A DNA stretch of 31,467 bases, taken from the NCBI GenBank assembly GCA_019058015.1, contig JAHLWH010000219.1, forward strand, positions 1 through 31,467. The letters run 5' to 3'. Made by a program: the position numbers and the translations under genes. Shown one piece after another: positions 7,805 to 17,019 of the stretch (position 1 is its first letter; each line of letters opens with the position of its first letter). Origin of the DNA: Promethearchaeota archaeon. Lineage in GTDB: Archaea; Asgardarchaeota; Lokiarchaeia; Sigyniarchaeales; SOKP01. The notes below the pieces were generated by a model. The model made no database searches. It had not been told where the DNA came from and worked only from the letters and a program-made list of their open reading frames with translations.

Positions 7805-9343
7805 TTAACTTGAAGGTGGTGGAATAATTCCATAAGCACGCCCCATCCAATAAACACAGTTATACACTCGACCATCTCCTTCAGTTAAACTATTCGCTTG
7901 GCGCCCACCATCTTCCTCAAATGGATTGTCACCCCAGAAATTGCCAGGATCATAATACATCATGTCAACAGTGGCAGGTTGCATCCAGAGCTCATCGGTA
8001 AAATCAATTTCAAGTGCAATAGGTGCATATAGAAAGCCCAATGGTCCATTCAGAATTTGATTCCATTTTTCTGGTGCTGGATTCTTCGTATGCCATGAGG
8101 GGCGTTCTGTTGCATTGAAGTTTATATAACCTCCCTTGCCCCATTCAACATTCTCTTGAAAACGCATTAATTGATCAAAAATATCATTACGAATTGTTTG
8201 GTTTTTATCTCCTGTCCAAACAAGATATATCATATTAAAAAACGCATTACGATGATATCTTATGAGCGGATAAGTGCCTTGAATATATTCATTAATAAAA
8301 AATTGCTTTAAGTTAGGATCTTGTGTGGTCATAATTAGATTGAAGAGGTCCATGTGTCCAAAATTCCATCCGTAATATTCTTCAATTATATTGAAATTTG
8401 AACCCTCTCCGATGCCATTCATATACATATTTTTTGTTGCGTAATAATGCCATAAATCATCATAAACACCAGGATACGCTATTCGACCCAAATTTAATAA
8501 TGATAAAACCCATTCTCCTGAGCCTAAGGTGGCTTTTAAGTCAGTTCCGCAGGGATTTCCATCTCCTCCAATAACCAACCAATTAGTTTTTCTAAATCCC
8601 TCTATTAATTGAGCAATTAATAATTTTACACGTTCTTGTACCCACGGGTCATCACATAACTGAAGTGCACGTCCCAGACCAAATAAATATCCCCCCATTT
8701 CATCTTTGGAAGTGTATAATCTACAACGCCAGTTTTTATAATCACCGGAACCATTAAAATGTCTTACATGGGGGCTTAGCATCCAATTGGTGACATGTTC
8801 ATATCCTGGAATATTTTTATGCTCAGGAGCCCAATAAAATCTGGCTGGAATTCCCGGATAATCAGGGCCAATTCCACCATTTGGAACAGCGAGCATATAA
8901 GAGAATCCGGTTAGTAATCCCTTTATTATTCTCAATGCATCTTCCATCATTGTTATATTGCCTTCATCTTTTGCTGCTTTGTATTTAAAGCAATAAGTAG
9001 CTAGTGACGTTCCAGTTGATAACCCAGCATTATCGGTGGAATGGTAATATGCAGGAGTCGTGTAATTATAATCTGTAAATGTAATTGTCAAGGATAAATT
9101 TGAAGCCATATGAAACTGTTCAAATCGATCATCTATTTTTGCAGCCCATTGAGCCATTTTATTAAAATCTGGCTCAATAAAATCAGTTGTATTTAACCCG
9201 ATTGTATAAGTAAAGGAGGCTAGGTCATCAATAATATAAAACACACCACCAACATATCCCAAAAATGAACCAAATGGGAGAAAAAATAACAATACTACAA
9301 GTAAATTATGTCGTTTTAAATGTTTTTTTGATCGAATTCTCAT
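7805..9343 (-). CDS. Secreted or membrane-anchored hypothetical enzyme (512 aa), possibly an alpha/alpha-barrel glycosidase-like fold
   Basis: N-terminal basic plus hydrophobic signal/anchor; Trp/Tyr/Gly-rich; motifs TDNAGLSTG, TSKDEMGG and HRNAFFNMIY. The fold is an inference. Confidence 0.7.
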   Translation of the reverse strand: MRIRSKKHLKRHNLLVVLLFFLPFGSFLGYVGGVFYIIDDLASFTYTIGLNTTDFIEPDFNKMAQWAAKIDDRFEQFHMASNLSLTITFTDYNYTTPAYYHSTDNAGLSTGTSLATYCFKYKAAKDEGNITMMEDALRIIKGLLTGFSYMLAVPNGGIGPDYPGIPARFYWAPEHKNIPGYEHVTNWMLSPHVRHFNGSGDYKNWRCRLYTSKDEMGGYLFGLGRALQLCDDPWVQERVKLLIAQLIEGFRKTNWLVIGGDGNPCGTDLKATLGSGEWVLSLLNLGRIAYPGVYDDLWHYYATKNMYMNGIGEGSNFNIIEEYYGWNFGHMDLFNLIMTTQDPNLKQFFINEYIQGTYPLIRYHRNAFFNMIYLVWTGDKNQTIRNDIFDQLMRFQENVEWGKGGYINFNATERPSWHTKNPAPEKWNQILNGPLGFLYAPIALEIDFTDELWMQPATVDMMYYDPGNFWGDNPFEEDGGRQANSLTEGDGRVYNCVYWMGRAYGIIPPPSS

Positions 9344-9533
9344 TTTTTATACACAAGATTGCATTAAATAAAAGATTGGATCTACAATTATATAAAATTT
9401 AAATTTTAGATTTGTTAATTTAGGATAATTATTAAAAAGATGAAATAAAAAATATATATTAAAAATATGAAATTTCAAATAATAATTATTTCAAGAATAA
9501 TATTAAGTTAAAAATATTTAAGAGATTTTTAGA

Positions 9534-10313
9534 GTGTTTTTTCAAGAGATTAGTCAGCTGGCTCACATTTCCGGGATAACTGCATTTATATCTATTTTGG
9601 TGGCATTTCTTTTAGCGGGGATAATATTAGGTAAAGCAATTAAAGAAAAATCTCGAATTTTATTTGAATTTTCTTTTTGTGTTGTTTTTACAATATCACC
9701 ATGGTTCCCCTCAGGTGTGGGTTATTTATATTTTTTGATTACAGGAGTACATCTCCCATATGAGATCTATATAATTATCGGAAATTTATTCCTACCCTTT
9801 GCAATTATGTTTTGGCTTGATATTTATCTTACTACAGTTAGCCCAAGTAGAAGAAAGTTAATCTTAAGTATATATATTATATTCTCAATAATTTTCTGGA
9901 TATATGCTTTCTATTTCATATATTTTTCTCCACATGCTCCTGTTGAAGAGATGTTAGGAATAATAGATGACCCGACAAATCCATTTGATATTGATTACAA
10001 AGGGTTTGTTTTAGTGTATTTAGCAACTAGTATATTTACATCATGTGCAACCGGCTTTCATTTTGCTGCAAAATCTTTAAAAATAGAAGATAAAGAAATT
10101 CATTGGAAGGGGAGATTTTTATTAATCGCATTTTTATGCTTCGGAATAAGTGCTATCGCAGATTCAGTTATTCCAATGATTGAGATTTCATTGGTGATTT
10201 TCAGAATAGTATTAATTTTAGCAAATTTGTTTTTCTATATTGGTTTTATTCTGCCTAAGTGGATAAAAAAGATTATCTTTCGTGAGGATAAAACCCAAAC
10301 CAGTGGAGTATAA
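9534..10313 (+). CDS. Stand-alone 7-TM membrane protein (HisKA_7TM-like sensor topology)
   Basis: Seven hydrophobic helices, C-terminal YIGFILPKWIKK, GTG start. Confidence 0.75.
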   Translation: MFFQEISQLAHISGITAFISILVAFLLAGIILGKAIKEKSRILFEFSFCVVFTISPWFPSGVGYLYFLITGVHLPYEIYIIIGNLFLPFAIMFWLDIYLTTVSPSRRKLILSIYIIFSIIFWIYAFYFIYFSPHAPVEEMLGIIDDPTNPFDIDYKGFVLVYLATSIFTSCATGFHFAAKSLKIEDKEIHWKGRFLLIAFLCFGISAIADSVIPMIEISLVIFRIVLILANLFFYIGFILPKWIKKIIFREDKTQTSGV

Positions 10314-10410
10314 ATATTAATTATATTTATTATTTTTTTATCATATATTAGATTTCATTAATGAATTTTACATTTTAAATTGAAAGAGAATTTTTTGGGC
10401 ATAAAATGAA

Positions 10411-10785
10411 ATGCGACTAAATAAAAAATTTCAAAAAGAATTTCAGGATTACGATTTTTCCCCGATAAAAGAAAAGAAGATATTTTTAGTAGGTTCAGCA
10501 AGAGTTCGTGATTATTTCATTAAGATTGAGTCAATCTTACAAATAAAATATAAAAAATTAGTTTCTATTGCCTCGGTGGATGGGCTCTTGAATAAAGATA
10601 TGTTTTCAGAAGATGAATGGGAAATTTTACAAGAGATTGCCTTATCTAAATTAAAAGATCAGGAAGCAATTTTAGTTTTAGATATAAACGGTTACATTGG
10701 AGATCATACAAAACAAGAGATAAAATTCTTTCAGAATGAAATACATAGACCTATTTATTATTTTTCACGATTAAGAATTCCTTAA
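10411..10785 (+). CDS. Nucleoside 2-deoxyribosyltransferase-like (DUF4406-like) small protein
   Basis: IFLVGS.R...KL...EAILVLDINGYIGDHTKQEI...RPIYY resembles the GS.R / GYIGEST..EI / KPI.Y pattern of this fold. Confidence 0.6.
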   Translation: MRLNKKFQKEFQDYDFSPIKEKKIFLVGSARVRDYFIKIESILQIKYKKLVSIASVDGLLNKDMFSEDEWEILQEIALSKLKDQEAILVLDINGYIGDHTKQEIKFFQNEIHRPIYYFSRLRIP

Positions 10786-10804
10786 ATTTTAAGAGGAAGT
10801 TTTT

Positions 10805-10835
10805 AGTAATATCTGGATATTACTTTTTTTTTTTT
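10805..10835 (+). terminator. Hairpin AGTAATATC-TG-GATATTACT followed by T12
   Basis: Perfect 9-bp inverted repeat plus T-run, 20 nt after the stop at 10785. Confidence 0.65.
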
Positions 10836-10896
10836 ACTAATTTAAATACTTAGAATTAGAAGTAGACTAACTCATACATAATAGATTTTTGGATAT

Positions 10897-11652
10897 TTGA
10901 TGATTAAGGATATTTTTATTATAAAGGATGGAGTTCCCCTCTTAACTGAGCAATGTCCAAAAGTAAATGGAATCCTAAGTAATAATGATAATGCACTTAT
11001 GATTTCTGGGTTTTTCTCAGCCTTGGATTCTCTATCGGACCAATTTCAAGATTTTGGAAATATTAGTGAATTAAAATTATCTAATGATATGAAATTATCT
11101 TTTATGAGGGACCCCAAAATTGATAATTTAATCTATATAGCATCAACAGATACAAAAAGTGATGAGAAATCAGTTAAAAAAATATTAAAAAAAATATCCT
11201 CTTCATTTTCAAATAAATATAATGCAAATATGTTAGAAAAATGGAGTGGTAAGCGAGCTGATTTTAAAGATTTTAAAGAAGAATTAGAAAAAATTTATAA
11301 TTATGATGATAATTTGGAAGAGTCTAATAGCAATCAAGTTATAGAAGAAAAACCGGTTATTCAGAAAAATCACGAAGAAAATAATGATGAAAACAATTAT
11401 AAACAAGTTATTGAAGTAAAAACTCCCTCTAAAAAAAATCCCTTTTCAAATGCAAAACCAATATTAAGAATTAAATCAAATTCAAATCCAGAACGGTTTT
11501 TAACAGGGGAAAAGGCAAAAAAGATATTTAAGGAAATAAATGGAAATAATAATATTGCGAATATTGCTCAAAAATTACAATACGATGAGGTAGAGGTTTT
11601 TAATATATGTAAAAATTTCATAAAAATGGGGCTAATCGCTTTTTCCATGTAA
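10897..11652 (+). CDS. Longin/roadblock-like domain protein with acidic linker and C-terminal winged helix
   Basis: IKDIFIIKDGVPLL...LMISGFFSAL...ISELKL...LIYIASTD is the Asgard longin pattern. C-terminal IFKEINGNNNIANIAQKL..DEVEVFNICKNFIKMGLI is wHTH-like. Confidence 0.75.
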   Translation: MMIKDIFIIKDGVPLLTEQCPKVNGILSNNDNALMISGFFSALDSLSDQFQDFGNISELKLSNDMKLSFMRDPKIDNLIYIASTDTKSDEKSVKKILKKISSSFSNKYNANMLEKWSGKRADFKDFKEELEKIYNYDDNLEESNSNQVIEEKPVIQKNHEENNDENNYKQVIEVKTPSKKNPFSNAKPILRIKSNSNPERFLTGEKAKKIFKEINGNNNIANIAQKLQYDEVEVFNICKNFIKMGLIAFSM

Positions 11653-11675
11653 TTAAAAAAGGTAAATTTATAATT

Positions 11676-14600
11676 TTAAATACTACCATGAATTGGTATA
11701 ATATATCTAAAATCTATTAGATCATATGTATTAGCAACTATTTCTTCCTTCGATTTTTTAGGTAAGGCTGAAATTAAGTAAGTTAATAATTTACTGATAA
11801 AAAATGATTTGTAATCTATTTCTAATGTCTTGGCTAAAGAAATTATGTTTTTCTGAAGGAGATTTAATTTTATTCTATGTGGATTTTTATTTACAATGTG
11901 AGGAAAAGATAAATTCAATTTTAATACTTGATTAATAAGTTCCATATGATCACTGAAAGGTCTAAGATCACCAGAGAATACTTCTAAATATTTTTCGTAT
12001 TTTTTCTCAAATTCTTCAATAAATTGCGAAACTAATATCTTTAGATTCTCTGAAGGTTCAGATCTTAATGTTAATGCCAATCGAATAAATTTTCCATCTT
12101 GAAGAAAAATAATGTAATCTTGGTAATCTATTTTAAAACCACCCGTAGATTCTTCCAATTTAGCACCTGGCTTTAATGCATATTTGAATTGTGTAATTGC
12201 TTGAAGGAAACCACTCACTAAAGTACCATCAAATTTAATTTGTCCAAATTCCTTCGTTATTAAACCAAGGCCACTTAATTTATGGATAACTATTAAATAT
12301 TCAATGTTCAGTATATCTGAAAATTTATTAGTTTTTTCGTACCAAATTTGTTTTCTCTTCTTTTTCCTTGAACTTTTTACAATAATATAAGAGGCAATTA
12401 CTAATAAAAAGCCTGCAATAAAAGGAATCAAAAGTAAAAATTCTAAAATAAATTGCTCTGTTGTTGATCTAACATCTATATTCACTATATTGGTACTTGA
12501 GTTTCTATTTTTAATAGTTCCGTCGAAAAGAACTTTTATTTCTAATGAATCAACTTTTCCTATAATATGGTGTACAATAGCATATCCATTGCTATCAGTA
12601 ATTGTGGGAATGTTAATAATTAATAAATCTCCATTCTCAGAGATTTCTATTATTTGAAAAATAATTGTTTCATTTGCTAATGGATTTTCTCCAGATTTTA
12701 AAATCACTTCAATTTCAATCAAATCGTCCCAAACATAAAAATCCTTTAAATTATTAAGTAATTCTAAACTACTATTTTCTTTTTTCAATACAGTTATAAT
12801 TATTGATGCTTCTACTGGTGTGTAGTCAGAAGCATTCATTTCAATTTTAACTTCATATATTCCTGGATTTAAATTACCAAGATTTAAAGTTCCTTGATAC
12901 CACCCAAAATTTGAGACTACTGGTATAAATTCGTCAGAATATGGAATAAATCCTTCGATTTTCATCCTAACTTGTGCTCCTAAAATGTCTTGTTGTCGAA
13001 AAGTGTCTTTTAATATAACAATTAAATCGAGATCTTGTTCTTGATATAGAGTTATATTATGAAAATCCTCGGGAATTTCAATATATGAAGGATACGGATG
13101 AATATAGACAGATCTTTCCTCAAAATAAGGATTAAATTTAATTTTTGTTATAGTAATATTAAATTTATATGTTTCATAAATATTGAGATTGGTGGAATCT
13201 AAAAAGAGCTTGAAAATGCCAGGCTCAGTCAAAGCAAAACTCAATTTATTTTCTCCCAGATAAGCATTTATTAAAGCTGTTTCAATTGGACCGTAAGCAT
13301 ATGAGAGATTGAGAATTACACTTTTACTCAGGTCATTTGTATAAACGACGGGAATCGGATCAAGATCAACATTAAAATCTGCTGGTATAAATGTCAGATT
13401 ATAATTTATACTTGATTCATTATAAGTAATATTACTTTCACGAGCTTTGCTAGCTTTTATGGTTAAATTATAATAACCAATATCTAAATAATCTAAAAGA
13501 AAAGTGATATTGTATCTATTTGGTATTTCTGAAACAATATATGCACAAGAGGAAATTAAATCAGTCCCATTATTAATTATAAATTGTCCATTAGTTAGAT
13601 TTTCTTTTTGAGCTGTGCTTTCATCATAGAATCTCACGCATACAAATGGAGTATCTCCATATATAACATTTTGGGGTGAATGTGAAAGAATTGTTAAATT
13701 AGTAATATGCGGTGGGTTAGATAATTTGAATGTATCATTTTGATTAACTTCTAAATAACTTCCAATTTTTATCGCATAAAATTCAATAGTTAAATTTTCC
13801 AATTCTCTACCATCAAATAATATTTCAGTTAATAATGTGATATCATAGTTTCCATCATTATGATCAAAAATATTATAAGCTATATCACTTATGGATTGCC
13901 TTCCACCATTTTCTGCTGAAAAATTTACCCAAATTGAAAAATCAACATCAGAAACACTTTCATTAGTAATAGAATCATTTAAGTAAATATAGTAAGTAGC
14001 ATAATCTCCTAAGACAAATATTCTATTTTCTTTATTAGCTCCAGTAATTGTCATATTAAGGGATCTACATTTGATATTTAAAGTTGAATTATACGTATAA
14101 CTATAGAAATACATATTTTCTGCTGTAAAGTTAATAAGATAATCTCCAGCAGGTAAATCAGGTTGGGTTGTATCAATTGTTATATTTAATAATCCCGTAT
14201 TTATTGAATCGATGTAATAATGCTTATATTCCGATAATGACCTCCAAGTGCCAGAGGTGGAATTTATTTGAACGATTAAATCGTCTAAATCTAATGATTC
14301 ATTATTATATGAATTATTTACAGAAAAGAGATAAGAAGCAAAATTATTTTTATAAACTGAAGAATCAGATTCTAATAATATCATATTCATTTGAGATAAG
14401 GTTACATTAAATGCTAATGTTTCAATTCCTGCCATAGTGCCATTATTAGAATGAATTTGTAATCTAATTTGTGTATTATTTTCTTTCGCACCAGTATCCT
14501 GATCAGGGCGCCATATAGGAAAGAAAAAATTACTTTCAGTAATATTATCTTCAAGTATTACATCTAATACAGAAGTATATATATACATTGAAGTAGCACC

Positions 14601-16055
14601 ATTGGAATTATTAAATTGAACAGAAACTTTTATATAATCCGTTATATTAGCAAAATTCACAATATTAATCCATGTTTGATTATTATTACTTGATTGGATT
14701 TGAGTGCTTAAAATTGCATTAGTTTGATTGAAGGTGCATCTCCAGTTATTGTTTGAGATATTAAGAAGATCAATAAAATTTGGATTAACAATAACTTCAG
14801 CATCGTTAAATAACACACTTTCATTATAGGTGCAATTATATCTCCAGAATTTAGGTTTATAAAAACGTGCAGTATTATTTCGAGAATCACTTGGAAATTG
14901 ATTAATAAATAAAGTTGAATTCCAAAAGATGTCTTTTCCAACTGTCGCATTAAAAGTAGAATTAGATTTTGTATTATATTTAAAATTTCCTAAAAAGGAT
15001 ACATTATATTTTACCTCATTAAACCATAATGAAGATATTGGAATGTGAAATTGATTATTTTCGTTTGGAAAAAAGGCTTGATTATGATAAATTCCTGAAG
15101 AATTAACTGGTGTGCCAAATACGGTTAAATTTATTTGATCTGGTGTTGGTGCGTTGGTTAATGGAGCTAAATTTACTTTGAGTAAGCCATTTTTTCCAGT
15201 TTGTTCAATCCATGAATCACTTAAGGGAATTCTTTTATAAAAAATATTTTCATATTGATCATTTGGTTCTTCGAAAGCATAGAAAATAAAACCCTGTTTT
15301 TTTATAAATCCAATATCTGGAACATTGATTGCATGAAATACAGCAAAAAAGGTATTGTTAACTGTTTTAGAAATATTTAAAATCACGTTCGTATAATTTG
15401 CTTGATACCATCGAGCTGGTTGTTGATATTGTTTATTTGTTAAATCAAAAGTGAAATTATCATAAACATCATCTAAAGCCTCATTTGGAACTATTTTACT
15501 GTCTTCATCAATAGTAGCATTATAAATCCTAATAGTAAATTTGGAATCTTTTATTATTGATAGAATTCCTCCCGGATATTGAATAAACATTGAGATATTT
15601 CTAACATAACATGAATTTGGAATTTCAAATGATGAGGAATAATAATAGTCAGTATCATCAAATTCATCAGTATCACCACTTCTTATTTCAAAGGGAATAT
15701 ATTTTTCAGTAGTATATAGACTTGTAAAATTTAACTCAAAATTTGTCATATTCCAACCTGGAAAGGAATTAGAGATTATAATACCAGCATCTTCAGTAGT
15801 TTGATTTATAAAAGTGAAATTTCTAGAGGAATAGAGAGAGACATTTTGAGAAAGACCCACATCGACAAAAGAACCTTGGCCAATTTCGGCAGAATTTTTA
15901 AGTTTCTGACCATAGGAATCTTCATATATAATTTCATTATTATCTGATTTTAAATCATTTCCAAATAGAGTAAGATCTGAAATAACTATTTGAAAAATTG
16001 ATATAGTAACAATTAAACAGCCTAAAAATATTATACACTTATTATTTTTCCTCAA
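11676..16055 (-). CDS. Large single-pass surface glycoprotein (beta-sandwich ectodomain) with cytoplasmic longin-like domain and short wHTH-like tail
   Basis: Signal peptide, about 1170 aa of beta-rich sequence with dozens of N-x-S/T sequons, a TM helix followed by KSSRKKKRK, then IEYLIVIHKLSGLGL...DGTLVSGFLQAITQF. TTG start. Confidence 0.8.
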   Translation of the reverse strand: MRKNNKCIIFLGCLIVTISIFQIVISDLTLFGNDLKSDNNEIIYEDSYGQKLKNSAEIGQGSFVDVGLSQNVSLYSSRNFTFINQTTEDAGIIISNSFPGWNMTNFELNFTSLYTTEKYIPFEIRSGDTDEFDDTDYYYSSSFEIPNSCYVRNISMFIQYPGGILSIIKDSKFTIRIYNATIDEDSKIVPNEALDDVYDNFTFDLTNKQYQQPARWYQANYTNVILNISKTVNNTFFAVFHAINVPDIGFIKKQGFIFYAFEEPNDQYENIFYKRIPLSDSWIEQTGKNGLLKVNLAPLTNAPTPDQINLTVFGTPVNSSGIYHNQAFFPNENNQFHIPISSLWFNEVKYNVSFLGNFKYNTKSNSTFNATVGKDIFWNSTLFINQFPSDSRNNTARFYKPKFWRYNCTYNESVLFNDAEVIVNPNFIDLLNISNNNWRCTFNQTNAILSTQIQSSNNNQTWINIVNFANITDYIKVSVQFNNSNGATSMYIYTSVLDVILEDNITESNFFFPIWRPDQDTGAKENNTQIRLQIHSNNGTMAGIETLAFNVTLSQMNMILLESDSSVYKNNFASYLFSVNNSYNNESLDLDDLIVQINSTSGTWRSLSEYKHYYIDSINTGLLNITIDTTQPDLPAGDYLINFTAENMYFYSYTYNSTLNIKCRSLNMTITGANKENRIFVLGDYATYYIYLNDSITNESVSDVDFSIWVNFSAENGGRQSISDIAYNIFDHNDGNYDITLLTEILFDGRELENLTIEFYAIKIGSYLEVNQNDTFKLSNPPHITNLTILSHSPQNVIYGDTPFVCVRFYDESTAQKENLTNGQFIINNGTDLISSCAYIVSEIPNRYNITFLLDYLDIGYYNLTIKASKARESNITYNESSINYNLTFIPADFNVDLDPIPVVYTNDLSKSVILNLSYAYGPIETALINAYLGENKLSFALTEPGIFKLFLDSTNLNIYETYKFNITITKIKFNPYFEERSVYIHPYPSYIEIPEDFHNITLYQEQDLDLIVILKDTFRQQDILGAQVRMKIEGFIPYSDEFIPVVSNFGWYQGTLNLGNLNPGIYEVKIEMNASDYTPVEASIIITVLKKENSSLELLNNLKDFYVWDDLIEIEVILKSGENPLANETIIFQIIEISENGDLLIINIPTITDSNGYAIVHHIIGKVDSLEIKVLFDGTIKNRNSSTNIVNIDVRSTTEQFILEFLLLIPFIAGFLLVIASYIIVKSSRKKKRKQIWYEKTNKFSDILNIEYLIVIHKLSGLGLITKEFGQIKFDGTLVSGFLQAITQFKYALKPGAKLEESTGGFKIDYQDYIIFLQDGKFIRLALTLRSEPSENLKILVSQFIEEFEKKYEKYLEVFSGDLRPFSDHMELINQVLKLNLSFPHIVNKNPHRIKLNLLQKNIISLAKTLEIDYKSFFISKLLTYLISALPKKSKEEIVANTYDLIDFRYIIPIHGSI

Positions 16056-16272
16056 AAATACTCAATATTTTAAAATTGAAAATTTTAATCTTAAGATTTA
16101 CTTGTGAGAATAATAAAAATTATGGATAATAAATCTTTTTTTTTTTTATAAAATAATTAAAAAATGGAATAATGGATTTGATCTTATTTTACATCTAGTT
16201 TTATTGGAAATCTTATTAAATAATTACCTTAAATTGAAAAATTTTAAAATTTTTTTTCAGATTTTAAGAGGG

Positions 16273-16298
16273 AATAGGTGATAATTTAATCACCTATT
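16273..16298. terminator. 10-bp perfect inverted repeat AATAGGTGAT-N6-ATCACCTATT (terminator or operator)
   Basis: Lies 38 nt downstream of the 16336 stop and upstream of the large surface protein gene. Confidence 0.5.
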
Positions 16299-16335
16299 TT
16301 AATTCTGCCACAAGTTTGAATTGAAATAGAATTTT

Positions 16336-16632
16336 TCATTTTTTTTTCTTTTTGGCTTTCACATCTTTTTCTTTTGCAAGAATAGCCTCTTCCATAGACT
16401 CATTAAGTTCTTTTGATTTTCCTTCTAATCTAAATTTACCAAAAATCTTACTTTCCTCTCTCTGCCCAGATGTTGAAATTTTTTCAAATGTTAAAGTAAC
16501 ATCTCTCTCGTTCTTAAGAGCATAATTAACGAAGTTTATAAATCCAATATGTTTACTGGGAGCAATATTAAACTTTATTGATGAATCTTTTCCTTTCTTG
16601 TTTTTTACTTTTAAAACTAGCCTTAACTTCAA
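16336..16632 (-). CDS. Small basic hypothetical protein (98 aa)
   Basis: Well-formed beta/alpha ORF with Lys-rich tail, divergent from TBP, TTG start. Confidence 0.75.
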   Translation of the reverse strand: MKLRLVLKVKNKKGKDSSIKFNIAPSKHIGFINFVNYALKNERDVTLTFEKISTSGQREESKIFGKFRLEGKSKELNESMEEAILAKEKDVKAKKKKK

Positions 16633-16921
16633 GATTTATTAACCTACTTAAGAGGAAATTTATATTTAATTATATTTCTACAATTAATAATTATATTAAA
16701 AATTAATAGATATTAAAAAATACCGATATTAAAAATTTGGACAATTGAAAATAGGTTCAGAATCATTTCAGATTGTATGTTTTTAAAAATTAAAAAAAAA
16801 AAATTTAAAAATTCCTACTTATTATTTTTATTTTTTATTTAATTATTCTAAAAAATATTAATTACTTATATTAATTATTAGATAAAGATATAGAAAAAGA
16901 AATAAAAAAAAGTAGAATCGT

Positions 16922-16942
16922 AAAAGCTTTATTTCTATAAAT
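16922..16942 (+). promoter_or_regulatory. Candidate BRE/TATA promoter for tbp
   Basis: AAAAGCTTTATT followed by CTATAAAT upstream of tbp. Weak evidence in AT-rich DNA. Confidence 0.3.
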
Positions 16943-17019
16943 ACTTTAAGTACCTAAAGATTATTAAATGGTTATTTTGATTTATTGTTAAAGATCATTA
17001 TTCTTAGAGTATAAGAACC

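Noticed and set aside
10411-10785. Anti-phage TIR/NDT-type defence system
   Set aside because: The fold guess is only NDT-like, and no partner defence genes or island context are visible.
14168-14950. Two 80-aa ORFs inside the large surface protein gene
   Set aside because: Antisense or alternative-frame shadows without motifs.
16633-17019. Replication origin in the long AT-rich spacer
   Set aside because: No ORB-like repeats with G-strings and no cdc6/orc1 gene adjacent.
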